In this document: positions 39,342 through 53,565 of the stretch, one piece after another | How positions within the stretch are numbered: the stretch's first letter is position 1 | How the letters are laid out: every line of letters begins with the position of its first letter | Origin: Octopus sinensis | Taxonomy: Eukaryota | Direction of reading: 5' to 3' | Assembly (NCBI RefSeq): GCF_006345805.1 | Contig: NC_043009.1 | Coordinates: 39,184,001-39,248,000, forward strand | DNA: 64,000 nucleotides | Program-made: the position numbers and the translations under genes | Notes under the pieces: generated by a model | The model's input: only the letters and a program-made list of their open reading frames with translations | The model's database searches: none | Told to the model about the DNA's origin: nothing

Positions 39342-39502
39342 CGACGGGCTTCTTTCAGTTTCCATCTACCAAATCCACTCACAAGGCTTTGGTCGGCCCG
39401 AGGCTATAGTAGAAGACACTTGCCGAAGGTGCCACGCAGTGGGCCTGAACCTGGAACTGTGGTTGGTAAACAAGCTACTTACCACACAGCCACTCCTGCG
39501 CT
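39085..39502 (-). mobile_element. tRNA-derived SINE, family A, full length
   Basis: Reverse complement of 12734-13155. Confidence 0.9.
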
Positions 39503-40968
39503 TATGTAAAATTTTTAAAAATTTATAAGAACTCATCAGTAAATTAAATTCTGGACGCTTGTGATTCACATTAGCCACGAGCACCACCGTAGTCTGGGAT
39601 TGGATAGGGAAAGTGTTAATGAAAGAGCAATTGGATGAATTGCTTGGTTTTGTTTAGTGGTGCTCGTGGAGCAGAAACCCACGTTCATACTGCATCTGAG
39701 TCTACGAATGTTTAGAGGTAATCTCGTAAGTTGTGCAGGCCCGCATTAATCAAGAAGCATCAGTACGCTTTTCACTAAGAAAAACGGAAAAACGTCGGAT
39801 TTATTTTGCTTGGAATCAAGTACCCTGTTCCCTCTTCTTAATCTCAGTATGTTTCGAAGTAAATTGAAGAAAAGAAATGGAAAAGAAATTAAAATGTAAA
39901 AATTTGACTGAACCAATGTAAAAGGCAAGAAGTGAGAAATTATTTTGAAAAAAGTTAAAATGTAAAAATTTGGATTAGGGACGGGGAATTGAAAAATAAT
40001 TGGAATGTCCATCATCGTAAACATAGGAATCCGCTGGAAAATCCGATGGAATATGGTAGGGGTTGACGTGTAGGTGTACTTGTAAATATTAACCGATTTC
40101 GCTGGTATTTCTAGCACATCCTGCTACCACTGAACAGGTATTTGCGAATAGCTGTTACCTGGTACCAGCGCGGGCTAGAAATAGCAGTCAAATCTTTCAT
40201 TTTCTGTGGAAAGGAGCCGTTTACGCGTCATTTCGATGTCATGTTAATTGAATTGTTAATATGAAAATGTAAATGTAAATAACTTGCAACATTGCAACAG
40301 GTGCAATAATTACGAACTTGTCATTGAATGGTAAATGTGTAAATTCGCGCACGGCTACGTCTGCACACACACATACACAAACACAGAGACGCGCGCTCGC
40401 TTGGACGAACACACAGGCGCGCACAAGCATAGGTACACATGCACACACATACACGCATATATACTCATGCGTGTTCATTCATATGTGTGTGTGTGTGTGT
40501 GTGTATGAATGAATCATGCTAGCTTCTCCTGAACATGTTCCTGAAAGACTACGTCTGAAACGCTCTAACATTGAGTCTTTCCATTCCGTCGGCCTAATAA
40601 TAGGAACTGTGAACATCTCTTGTACATGTGCTGCATATTGTTATGTGTATTTGCTTCCTGCTACACACACACATATACAGGAGCGTTGTAGTTCGCTTGA
40701 AGCATTGTAGTATCGAAGAAGGGAAAGAAAAGGGAAAATAGGAATTCTTCTGAGAATACGGGAAGGTTCTCATAACATATATTTCAGGGGCAAAGGCTTA
40801 TCCTATGAAGAAAAACAGTTTGGGAAATGTCTAGTTGTACAGATTCCGTTGACATAATCAACGTTATATTAGCAGTAGCACTCATTGGTGTAATTTCGCG
40901 CATGCGCTGTTTGGTTTTGATTTGGAAGTAGGATAAGTTGGGCACCGACTGTGAGAAAAAACAGCAGT

Positions 40969-42118
40969 ATGACGCAATTCCCTCTGCCAGAAATTTGGAA
41001 ACGACATTCTGTACTGCTTGGCATTCGTTCCGGAATCTCTCACACAAAGATTTCAGAGTGTTTTTTAGGTGTCGACCTGAGGACAGTGCAGAGGATTCGG
41101 AAAGAATTGGATGAGTAATTGTGATTATGAAGGTACGGCAGCTCAGAAAACTCACTCTGATCGTTGTAATATGAAAATAACTCCTGAATTTGTTGGTGAG
41201 ATTCAGACCATGATTGACAACAATCCCTGAAAGTCAATCAGGACCATCGCTAGGGACATGGGAGTGTCTGAGGGGTTTTTTTTCCCTGCAGGTAGTACAT
41301 AAAGATACTTGGTATTCCTCATACAAGATAAGAAAGAGCCAATTTTTATCCCAAGCCATCAAGAACAGGAGGAATGACAGCACTATGAAGCTTTTGGACA
41401 AACTCAAGCATTCTCTCAAACCGAACATGCTTTGGGTTTTCTCAGACTAGAAAACATTCTGCCAGGATCAGATAGTGAACACACAGAACAAATGTTGGTT
41501 TGCCTGGGCCCCGAAATATCTACCGAGAGTGATAAAAATCAAGCATCCAGTCAACATCAAGGTGCTTGGAGTGATCATTGGTGATGGCGACATTATGCTT
41601 CTATTTATCTTCCCACACGGCCTCATACTCAATACGGAGGCCTACGTCAAATGCTTGGAGGAGGTAGTGCTGCCCTGGGTCAAGTGGGTGGCTGCTAGAA
41701 GGGCCTATGTCTGGCAACAAGACTCTGCTTCATGCTACGCGAGTAGAAGAACCCAGTCATGGCTCTCAGACAATTTCTGTGATCACATTACCTTTAACAT
41801 CTGGCCACCAAACACCCTAGATGCAACCCCCTTGATTATTATGTGTGTGGCGCAGTTGAGCGAGGAAACAACGAAATTCCTTGTAATACCAAAGATGAAT
41901 AAAGGCAAGGATTATGCCATTATTCACCAACTTCATCAAAGACACCTTCCAGAAGAGTTGCAGAAGGTTCCGAAGTCATCTGGAGACCGTAGTTGAAGCC
42001 AATTGACATTTTGTCGATATTTTTTATGTAATGTTGGTAAATATTTCTGCTAAACTGAGATGCCAGTGTTATTTTCATTTTTGCGTAATTTAGACGACAA
42101 TTTATTCACCGCACCCTG
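40969..42118 (+). mobile_element. Decayed Tc1/mariner-superfamily transposon, DD37D (maT) type
   Basis: ATG at 40969 (MTQFPLPEIWKRH...). Triad remnants VFSD, WQQDSASC and WPPN...PLDYY, with ~37 residues between the second and third D across a frameshift. Right TIR-like end tttattcaccgcaccctg; left TIR not found. Confidence 0.85.
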
Positions 42119-43861
42119 CATATGCAGTATACTGTTCTTCAGATGTATCGATTACAAATATAAGATATTGCCTGTATTGACTGACACATATTTCAAGAAA
42201 AGCATTAGTATTTACATTATTCCTTAGAATTTGTTGCTGAAAGTTCTATTGCGCCCTAAAGAACAAATCAGTGATTTTGATGTGTAAGTTTGTGTTTGAG
42301 TGTGTATGTGTGCGCTTGTCTGTGTATGTGTGTGTACGTGTGAGTGTATGTGTGTATGTGTGTGTATGCGTGTGCGTGTGTATATGTGTGTGTGTTAGAA
42401 TATTCATTTATCGCGTGATAACCAATACTGTTATAAGTAATGTTATTTTTGAAATGTGTGTCAGTTGAACTAACACCGAATATCTGTGTAAAATGTTGAT
42501 GAAAGTTAAAGAGAATGTCTCCCCAAAATATAGGAATGGCGTTAAAATACGATTTATCACATTTTCCTTGTTACAGATGAAGACGCTTAACAGGGAAAAG
42601 GTGGAAACGAGGTCGAGGTCATTCTCTATGCGATTTAAAGGAATCACATCAGTTGCCAACATTTAATGAAAGGAGAATGTTTTGACGTGAGTCGTCCTTG
42701 CAGTAGCTCCTGGTGCACTTGGAACGTAGCTGTAGAGTACTAAAAAGAAATATTCATACATTTGTAAGCACCCATGTGAGTTATTTCAAAAGACACAAAT
42801 ATTAGAACTAGAAAGATAACGATTATAGCGATATCTTAGAAATTATGAACACCTGTATTTAAAATTCAACATTCAAATAAATAGATATATAAATATATAA
42901 ATCAACAGACACAAAAGAAAATAATTTTTTTTTTTCATACCATTAGTATATAAGATTAGGTAAGCTGTATGAGATAGATGCCAGAGTATTTCTCTTTCAT
43001 TTGATTCTAGTTCCGTATAAATAAATATAAAAAAAACACACATTCATCTGCGGATAATTCCCCTGGTTATTTCTAACACATTTCCAATAGGAAAATATAT
43101 TTAAGCATTAACAACGAATAAGCATACCTGCTTATCTCTGTTCATTTTTTTCTTCTCCATTTCTTTTTTTTTTTAACTATATGCTTCCTCAACCATTATA
43201 TTTCCTATTTTGCTGTCGTCTTTCAATATATTTCATTTCTTCCTATATTTTTCTCTTTCTTTTCAGCTATCGATTTCTTTTCTCATCAAAGGAACAAAGT
43301 ATGGATTGCCTCAGTTAATATAACTCACCGAACGAAAGCTATTTCTGGTCTTGTTATCTTTATGAATAATTTGTACCTCATCTATAATCTTGAATTAATC
43401 TGTAGTCAATATTCTTTGAAATTTTCACTTAGTGCCCAGATATTGCTTCTCTGATGTCCACATAAAAACGATTTACATATAGTCAACAGTGTGTACCACG
43501 GCTGGAAAATAAGGAAGCTAAAGTTAAGCGGAACGCCCTTTTTACAGCTATTTATTGCAAGACAGTGATATATCCCTGTAATCTTAGTGAATATTGCTCG
43601 ATTCAGATTAGTAAATGTTTCGTTGATTTGTGACAGCACATTTACTTACTGAATTTGATAACAGACACAAGTAAGATAATTAGAAATGTTGTATTGTAGA
43701 TATGCAATTTCATAAGCACTCACATACACGAACACACACACACGCGCACGCACACACATACCCACATATATATATGCATATATATGTGTATTTAGATGTG
43801 TGATTCAGTGTGTGTGTGATACGAAAAGACACAAACATATCTCATTATATATCTATAGAAA

Positions 43862-44265
43862 GGCGGCGAGCTGGCAGAATCGTTAGCACGCCTGGCGGAA
43901 TGCTTACTGGTTGCTTCGTCTGCCGCTACGTTCTGAGTTCAAATTCCGCCAAGGTCGACTTTACCTTACATCCTTTCGGGGTCGATTAAATAAGTACCAG
44001 TTACGCACTGGTGTCGATGTAATCGACTTAATCCGTTTGTCTGTCCTTGTTTGTCCCTTCTATGTTTAGCCCCTTGTGGGCAATACAGAAAGAAAATTGG
44101 TTAACACGCCAAACAAAACGCTTAGCGGCATTTCACTCATGCTTTCGTTCTGCGTTCAAACTCCACGGAGTTTGTCTTTGCCTTTCATCCTTCCGGGGTC
44201 GATAAAGTTGGAGTCGAAGGTACCCATTAACCCTCTCTCTTGGAAAATGCCGGTCTTCTGTCCCA
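43862..44265 (+). mobile_element. SINE family B (full unit plus diverged second unit)
   Basis: ggcggcgagctggcagaatcgttagcacg...gagttcaaattcc... Confidence 0.85.
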
Positions 44266-45823
44266 GGTAATAATTGCTATATATATATATATATATCATA
44301 GTTTCAGTGTGTATGAATATAGTGTCTGTGTATTCGTGTATATAAGAAATCTGAAGGAAGAGTGTTGTGTATCTTTGTACATTGACAAAACATTAATTAT
44401 ATTTAACACATTAAATATCTTAGTTCTGATATGTGTATTTCATAGCAAATCGTTCTTCTGTTTATCTTACCGGACTAATTTGTTTTATGTTAACGTGATG
44501 GAACTAATAGGAAATCTGATTAGTATGTAAGTTAAACCTTGTTCTAGGCTACGATGTAGTTACACGCAAGATGACCACATTTAATCATTCAATTACTAGT
44601 ATAAAAGCGACATTTTTCCAACGAATGTCGAACACCATCTAATAAACCATAGTATACTCCAATATATAGATGTGACTAAATTAAATTCTTTTTCTGGTTA
44701 AATCCAGGCTGGTTGTGAATTCAACTGAGCTATTTTAGAAAGCCGTCTCAATTTTAAAAGAATGAAACGTCTTAGTACTTGCTGAACTGGTTTGGTCAGT
44801 ATCCACAGTCTAAATGTGTTGGCTATCGATTCTAAACAACAGATTCTTCGGCTGTTTGTTCCTTTATTGGTCAGTAACTATATCAACATCCATGGGCCTA
44901 GACAAGGCCTCCAAGCTTGATGGTAGAGATTGATGGAGGGTTGTATCTTCAGACTGGAACCTTAGCCTCAATACCTACAAAACATGGACTCCATTTAAAC
45001 ACCCAAGGTGCCAGATAACAGTGTTAAAACAGGCAGCGAATTAAGTCTAGCGGTCAAGTTGGCCCGTATGAGTTTTTGAACTCAGAACGCAAAAAGCCCG
45101 AAAAAATGCTACATGATATCCGATTTAACCTATTTACTGGCTCGCCAAATCTACCACACTATATCGGCATGTTTTTTATCAAACACTAAGAGAATGAAAT
45201 GTAAAGTCGGTTGTCTTTGCATTTACGAGCTAAATGTCAGATCAAGTATACAATAGTATTCGACCGGCCACTCTAACTAGTTGCCTTCTTAATTTGAAGG
45301 TGGAAGTAGAAATATGGTTCCTAACATTTTTCTGTTCGTTTTTGAAAATTCTGCACATCAGATTAGAAAAGCCGATGATATTATTGTCATTGGTATATGG
45401 CTTGTATATAACAAAGCGTTTCACTTTGTAATCAGGTTCAGTTTGTGAAGCTTGAGGTTTTATTTCGTAGTTGATTGAATTGTAAGTGTTGGATGCTGAC
45501 ATTTTGTGTATTTCAGTTAGGTTGTCTGGGAGGACTTTCCAGTAAGCTACACAATTGAGATTGTACTTGGTTTTTCATACATGTGTTGGCAAATATGTCG
45601 GTGTGGTGTCGCTCATGAGTTCTTTAAGCAGCTTTTACCACTACTGACATACCTATAAAACCACCATTATAGATTGTGCATTAGATCTCTTCAAAAGCAT
45701 TCTAAAACATGGACTGTAAACGTTCTCTAAAAATTTTTGCGACAGATTTCCAAGACACTGGATTATTTAAGCCATACGGAAATGATCACAGGCAATAACA
45801 TAAGTGTGTTTGTGTGTGTGTGT

Positions 45824-45859
<36 letters not shown>

Positions 45860-46831
45860 ACGTGTGTGTGTGTTCGTGCGTGTGTGTGTGTATGTGTCCG
45901 TGTGTGCGTGTATGTTTGTGAGCGTGTGTATATGTCTGCGCGTGTGTGAGTGCGCGTGCGCGCATTTTACTTATGTACACTGGTATGGAGTATGTCTGAA
46001 AATAATTGAAATAACCCTATTCAAGATGAATTTTAGTAAAACTGATAAATCCTAAATTCTTGAAATTTAAATGTAGATTTGAATAATAGATATGGATAGA
46101 TATGTTATATTTGTCATCGAGCAAATAATGTCAATAATCTACAAGATTCAATCTCAATAATTAAACATGTGTTCTTATTGTGATTTAATTATAATATAAA
46201 TGAAATATGTCATAAACAGTAGTTTCAAATTTAGAAACAGCATGAATTCTCACCAGTATTACATCCGCTTCAATCGTATTCTAGTACTTGATTGGTACTT
46301 ATTTTTATCAGTAATAGAGAGAGTAAGGGTGATATTTGTCGTACTTAATTGCTAAAATATGAATTTGGAACGAAAGCAAATTAAGTACTGTTGCTAATTA
46401 ACATGTCAGCCACCTATTGCTCTTGCCTGTTTTGTTGATTTAGATCTTCAAATCATCAACGGAGCAGTTGAGGTGACATGGTGGCATAGAGCGTGCCTTG
46501 AGAATCTACGAGCTGCCGTGCGCATACAGTTTTAGGCACAGCCATATCCGATTTCTTCCAGAAAGAGAGATAGGAGTAGGCAAAAGAGTAGGCAAAAAAA
46601 TAAATATAGAGGGAAGAGCTAGAGAAAAATTGACTGCAGGACAGGACTGGTATTTCATTCATCGCTTCCGGAAGGATGAAAGCCGTTGGTTGTATTTGAA
46701 CTTACAACGCACAGACGCAGAACAAATGCCACCAGGACGTTCTATCTGATAGATTAAGGGATTCGAATAATTGAACTCTGTAAACAGAGAACGAGTGAGA
46801 GATAGATAGATAGATAGAGATAGAGTGAGGA

Positions 46832-46864
<33 letters not shown>

Positions 46865-48296
46865 GAATGGATCACATTACGTGACTAGTAGCGTTATTTA
46901 TTTGCACTGATAGAAAGCAATGTTGATATTGACTGAATTTGAAATCAGCACACAGAGAACCAGATATAGTAAGGTTTTGTGTTTCCCCTCGTCGGCCATT
47001 AATTAAACAATACAATAGGACATATATCTAATGAGAAGTCAGTTTGAATCTTGCTTGTTTGCTTGCAATGTTACCCGGCCAAACTGGTGCATAATGGAAA
47101 AATACTACGAATTAAGTTTACCCTGAAATGAGAACACGAACGGAATAAAAGAAAGTTTCGCGCAAATCGGAGCAGTTGTTATTGAGATATTCGGGGTTTG
47201 GAAGTATAAATACCCAAAACGCTGCATAATATGAAAATGTTCCGAATATAACTTCATCCTGAAAGGGAAGAACTCAATCTTTTCGATTTGACAGTGACTT
47301 GTCAACGAAAAAATACAATTTTTTGTTTTTACAGTAAATGTTTCTGTTTTCGCTTTTGTTAAACACAGTATTTTAATCATTTAGAAATGTTTTTAAGCGA
47401 ATATGATTTCAAAAATGTAAGTTGTTTGTACAGTAAGTATTCGGTGCCCCAGCATGGTCACAGCTCAAGAGCTGAAACTGGAAAACATAAACATAAAATA
47501 TATTAGCTTTCTTTAAACAGACAATATTTTAATGCTTTTTAAATTCTTTTCAAGTGAATACCATATCAAAAATTTTCTTTTGGCATATTTAAAAAATACT
47601 TTAAAGGGAAAATTATTTAAAAAATACAGTAAATATTTAGTAAAAGGCTCGTTCGTAACCTCGGTATGAAATAATTTTTTACCATAGGATTTTTCGAATG
47701 CCTTCAACGCATCTCGCCTCCAAAGATTTGGCTGCTATTTCTAGCACACCCTGTTGCCAGGGACAAACTGACAGCGGAATTCTTAAATTATATTATTGAA
47801 CATCCTAGTGTGTCAAATAGAATATGAAGTAATTGTTTGAAATTTATTATCATAACCCTAATCAATGTTATTTATAAAGTACCTAATCAAAACCTTAAAC
47901 ACGTACCAAATTTCGCAATAACAGGAAATCCATGTTAACATACTGTTAGCATTGAAAAAAAGGCGAAAATAGCTTCAAAAAGCGGGAAATTCCATTCTCG
48001 GTAATATTTGTACCAAAAGAAAACTGCACTTTAACTTCGTCCGGTTTATATGTTGCCATAAGATGGATGAGATACAGGAATTATTTGTAACTCCAGACGT
48101 TTATTTCAGATACGGCATTTTATTGATTATGTTTTCTAGAAAGAATGTTTGTTATTTTTCACACCAATGATATTTTTTTCACTTGTCAGTCGTAGAATAT
48201 ACCTGAAAAAATACGAAATAAATTTTTTAAGCTATCAACTTGTATTCTGTGGAAACTAAAACGTCTACACAGTATACAGACGTACATACACACATG

Positions 48297-48328
<32 letters not shown>

Positions 48329-48429
48329 TGTGTGTGTGTGTATATATATATATATATAAACATAATATATATACAGATGCAGGTATGCGCATATATATAT
48401 ATATATGCACATATATATATATATATATA

Positions 48430-48467
<38 letters not shown>

Positions 48468-49086
48468 CAAGCATACAAATATGGTCAAAATGTGTTGGCA
48501 CTAGCGCTCAAAACTTGGTCATCAAAACTTCAAGAGTTTTTCAAATAAAATATTTTATAGGATATTTTTTTCACAAATTTTATATTTTTACTGTATTGTA
48601 AAATCAATAGATTCAAAATCGAGCAGAGCTGTAGCTCAATAAACCACATGTGGTTTAGAACATTGTTGGTGTCATATTTTCATTAACAACAAATAAATAG
48701 TACTGTTTTCCCATGAGCACAAATATCGAGATTTTCTGTTTTCTATTTGATAATGTTCACAAATATATTAAAGTTATGAACGGCATCAAAGGAACTAAAA
48801 GAATTCCAAACATCTGTATTCTCCAACTAAATAACTTTTCCAATAACCTGCTGTTAATGATGTTGATAATAATTAGATAATTATGTATTTGTTCAATAAT
48901 GTATCTATTCATTCTTAATACGCTCTGGCTATGTCGAACGGTAAAAACTGATCGCAGTTGTTGTTTGGCCTCCAGAAAACGTCTCCTCCTTGTCACTGAT
49001 ATGTGATCATAACGCTGGCAGCATGCATCAGCAAATTACTGTACGCTGATTCCTATAAAAAAACAGCTTGTTCTGTTGTGGGATTT

Positions 49087-49180
49087 ATTGGTTCCGCCAA
49101 GGGTAGCTTCGACTGAGGAGACACATAACAAGGCCGAAAGACTGCGGGGCCTCGAAGTCCGCTAATATCGGGGGACCAAT
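49087..49180 (+). ncRNA. Degenerate type I hammerhead-like remnant
   Basis: GCTTCGA-CTGAGGA-...-C-GAAA-...-TCGAAGT: 7-bp stem I plus outer helix ATTGGTTCC/GGGACCAAT; stem II, stem III and the UH site are corrupted. Confidence 0.4.
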
Positions 49181-50125
49181 GAACCATATATGTTACGAAC
49201 ATACATCACTAAGTTATTCACGTTCGAATCTTCCAGATCTTGTTCATATTTGTCGCTTTTTTGCGTGCAGTACTTCAATTATTATATTTATTAGTTTTTA
49301 TAGATAATGCGATTCGATTTTTCTGTTGGGCCAGTATAACATAAGCGTTGGTTTAGAATTATAGTCAAATACACCTTGTGTCCGTCAAGTAAATAATTCT
49401 AAAACAAGATCTTTGTCTGTAATGATATCGAATGCCTTCAGTTGTTTTGCAACGATATTCATGTCGGAATATCAGAAAAGAAGAAAACCACATTTGAAAG
49501 TTTCAGGTTATTGAACGATAAATAAATCTGAATTTATGAAAAAAAAAAACTTTTAATAACTCAAAATACAAAGATCTAAAACTTAACTATTGATAGAAAA
49601 AATATTTAACAATTGTAAATTCATATTAAGTTTTAAAAATATTAATTTTATATTTTCCACAAAAAAGAATCATGAAAGACCGAACAAGAACTACAGACAG
49701 ATTGAATTATCAGAACGAAAAGAACAAAGAAAGAAAAAAAGAAAGAAGACAGAAAAAACAAAAAGAAAGAAAGAAAAAAGAAAGAAAGAGTAAAATATTA
49801 TATCACCTTATCTTGATACGCAACATTCAAAAAACCTATATGCTGAATCGTATTTGCATTTCTGCAAAAATTAGTGTTAGCCACGTTTAATATTTTCGCA
49901 TGGTATTCCTAATTTGTAGATATGTTTCGATATTACAAATATTTTTTGGCTTTTCTGAGGGAATGTAAGTGTAATACAGGGCCACGCATATACACACTTG
50001 CGCATGAACTTACAGAAACACATATGTATATATGTATGATATATACATATGGTGGATTTGAAGAATTATAATGTATAACCAAGAAGCACATGCTGAATTT
50101 GTCTCGTACTTATATATTTAATCTT

Positions 50126-50199
50126 GGCGTATCTGCTGACGAAGACTTCGCCTAGAAAATTATTTTATTTGCTAAAAAAGTCTGAAACCATGGTCCCGG
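50126..50199 (+). ncRNA. Type I hammerhead ribozyme motif
   Basis: CTGACGA(50136-42)-AGACTT...AAGTCT-GAAA(50184-87)-C CATG G-TC-ccgg. Intact core, perfect 6-bp stem II, palindromic stem III; stem I short with one mismatch. Confidence 0.7.
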
Positions 50200-50427
50200 A
50201 AATAGATGGTAAATGTTTATATTTTTCATTCTCTTCGAGATTTTATCCCTAGTTAGTGGCTTGGAATGTAGCCGTTCCTTCTAGCGTAAGGGAGTCCTAT
50301 GATGGATACCTCTTAATGTGTTTAATGTACACTGTATTCTATATATGTGTGTATGCGTGTGTGTATATCTATATATAAATATATACATATATATATGTAT
50401 GTGTGTGTGTATGCTCGTGTTGCTGAC

Positions 50428-50748
50428 ACCCCCTTCAGTTATGACTGACCATGAAATTGCACCTAGAAAGTTACCCTCCCAGGCACAAGTCTGGGCAAGG
50501 TCATTTATGGAAGACTGGCAGCCGCCCATGCATACCGGCCCTCTCCACGCCACCAGTGTTATCTAAGGGAAATGCAAAGGCCAATACAGCTTGGCGTCTG
50601 TCACGTCGCAACTCATTTCTACAGCTGAGTGACTGGAGCAACGTCAGATAAAGTGTCTTGCTCAAGAACACAACACGCAGTCCGGTCCAGGATTCGAACT
50701 CACAACCTCACGATCGTAAGCTCGACGTTCTATCCAGTGAGCGATGCG
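50428..50748 (-). mobile_element. tRNA-derived SINE, family C
   Basis: Reverse complement of the 53253-53565 type (gagttcgaatcc B-box-like; cttgagcaagacacttt; gaaatgagttgcg). Confidence 0.8.
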
Positions 50749-50789
50749 GATTCATGTACACGCATAGATTTTAATATAAGCGCATATGA

Positions 50790-51208
50790 AGACGGCGAGC
50801 TGGCAGAATCGTTAGCATGCCGGGCGAAATACTTCGCAGTATTTCGCCTGTCTTTACGTTCTGAGTTCAAATTCTGCCCAGGTCGACTTTGCTTTTCATC
50901 CTTTCGGGGTCGATAAATTAAGTACCAGTTGGGTACTGGAGTCGATCTAATCGACAGGCCCGCTCCCCAAAATTTCGGGTCTTGTGCTCAGAGTAGAGAA
51001 GATTTAAGTTGGCGAGCTGGTGGAATAGTTTGCATGCAGGGCAAAATGCTCAGCAGTACTTCGTCCCTCTTTACGTTCTGAGTTCGAATTCCGCCGAGGT
51101 CGACTTTGCCTTTCCTCCTTTCGCGGTCGATAAAGTGAGTACTGGGTCGATGTAATCCACGAGACGTTGCCACGAAACTGCTGGCCTTGAGCCAAAATTT
51201 GAAATCAA
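50790..51208 (+). mobile_element. Two SINE family B copies
   Basis: Heads ggcgagctgg at ~50794 and ~51011. Confidence 0.8.
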
Positions 51209-51461
51209 TATAAATGCACTTGTATGTATCCTCCTCTCTCTCCCTGTCTCTCTCTCTCTCACTCTCTCTCCACATTGCACACACATTTATATATACCATA
51301 ATACATATATGTATATACATACCATGTATATATATATATACATGGATTTTGAAGCAAGAGGCAATTCCTCTAAAATTCGTGCTAGTTATTTGAAGCAAAG
51401 AATTATTTCTTTCTGGTCCAGGAAAAGCGAAGTAAACATCAGTTTAGAACGGGAACACACA

Positions 51462-51523
<62 letters not shown>

Positions 51524-51719
51524 ACACACAAACACACACACATAATCAGAGCTCACAGGAAGCACCTCACCTGGTCCGTTGCTAGAACACTTTATTCACC
51601 ATGGAGACGATGTAAACTTTCGATTTCCACACATATACCATATATTCTTGCTACACAATACTAAAACTTAACGCAATAACTTTAACATACATCCACGACT
51701 AATATTACCATTATTAGTT

Positions 51720-52287
51720 TAAGGTAAATGGGCGAATTGTTAGCGTGCGGGGCCAAATACTTCTCGGTCGACTTTACCTTTCATCCTTTCGGGTTCGATA
51801 AATTAAGTACCAGGGTAGATGTAATCGACTAATCCCCTCCTCCAAAATTTCAGGCCTTGTACTTATAATAGAAAGGATTATTAGTTTAAGGTGATGAGCT
51901 GACAGTATCGTTAGCACACCGGGTAAAATGTCTTGCGGGTATTTCTTTCGGCTTTACGTTTTGGGTTCAAACTCTGTCGGGGTCAAATTTGACTTTCACT
52001 CTTTCGAGATCGTTACAATAAGTACAGATTTAACACTGCGGACGATGTAATCGATTCAACCCTACCACTCACGTCCTAATGGCCTTGTGTCAACATTTCA
52101 AATCAATATTACTGTTACTAGAATAAGGCAACCAATACGTTTGAGGTTCAAATTTCGCTGGGGTTTCTTTTGCCTTTCATCCTTTCCATAAGATAACTGC
52201 CATTTGTGAACTGGTATCGATTTAATCGATTTAACCCCCCCTCTTCGAGTTTACTGGACTTGTACCGATATTCGAAATCAATATTAC
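51720..52287 (+). mobile_element. Three head-to-tail diverged SINE family B units
   Basis: Repeated ctttca..ctttc...atgtaatcga...ccttgt...aaatcaatattac segments. Confidence 0.7.
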
Positions 52288-52580
52288 TATCACTAGCCAT
52301 ACCCTGTAGGTCTGTCTACTATAATTAGTATAACTTCTGTTTTTCCGTTTCTGTATTTCTACTCTGTTTAGTTTATCTAATCCCAGCTGAATTTCATTGG
52401 CAATTCAGTATTACCACATAGAGATAGCACTGATAACCATTATTAGTGTTTATCTATAATCTATGAACTAATTAGCTATAAATCTTTTCTCATAAATTTG
52501 TTATACGATGTCCACGAACGTACCGAAGCTCTCCTCTATATTATACAAATAAGTAAACGATAATCGTGATTACACGTGCG

Positions 52581-52620
<40 letters not shown>

Positions 52621-53252
52621 CACCACCACCACCACCACCAATTATCTTTAAAATGTAGTCCCTTTAGTTTATTTCCAGATTTATGTTTCCCATACTTTAT
52701 TATACTTGATTAACATCTAATTCATCAATTTTAGCTGGTCGTTTCCATTTATATAATATGCAATCTTAACTAAACTGTAGTATATTCCAATCCTTAGTGT
52801 TGATAGTGAGGTTGCTTGATGGAATATGAATCTCTGTATATATGAATGTGTTACATTTATCGTACGTATATGTACGCAAATAATAACACAGATTGATTTG
52901 TATACGTACGAAAAAATTAGGAAAATTCTATTTACGAAATTATTATTTTGATATATTTTGTTTGAGAACAAGTGTACGAGCATGTGTATAAATGTGTCTC
53001 AGAATATTCCTACGAGGTGTTTGGGTTTATATCTTGGTGAATTATCAATGGTCATTGAATGGCATTCCTGTTCTTCTAAATCAGTCTTGCGTGAAAATTT
53101 AGGCTGTTTTGCAATACTTCCATGTACCTTTTCTAAATACTGTATCTTTAACAACTCCGGCCTCTCGATATTGAAATTCACATATATATTTTTTCTATTT
53201 TCTCCAAAATTTTCATTCAATATATTTGCTTATCTATTCATATATTTATTTT

Positions 53253-53565
53253 ATGGCTAAGTGGCTAGAGCGTCAGACTCACGATCATAGGGTAGTGAGT
53301 TCGATTCCCGGACCGGGCCGGGTTGCGTGTTGTATTCTTGATTAAGTCATTTAGTTCACTCAGCCGTAGAAATGAGTTGCGACGTCACAGGTGCTAAGCT
53401 GTATCGGCCTTTGCTTTTCCTTTGGATTACACCAGTGATGTATAGAGGGGAGGTTGGTATGCATTGGCGACTGCTGGTCATCCACAAACAACCTTACCCG
53501 GGCTTGTGCCTTAGAAGGGAACTTTCTGGGAGCAACCTCATGCTCATTCATGAACGAAGGGGGTC
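53253..53565 (+). mobile_element. tRNA-derived SINE, family C
   Basis: tggctaagtggctagagcg (A box)...gagttcgattcccgg (B box), followed by the body shared with 50428-50748 and 61540-61862. Confidence 0.85.

Noticed and set aside
42690-42840. Second R4/Dong-like tail (VAPGALGT*...FQKTQIL)
   Set aside because: Too short and interrupted to call with confidence.
53253-53315. tRNA gene
   Set aside because: A/B-box head runs straight into a repeat body shared with other copies and no clean acceptor stem is seen; it is a SINE head.
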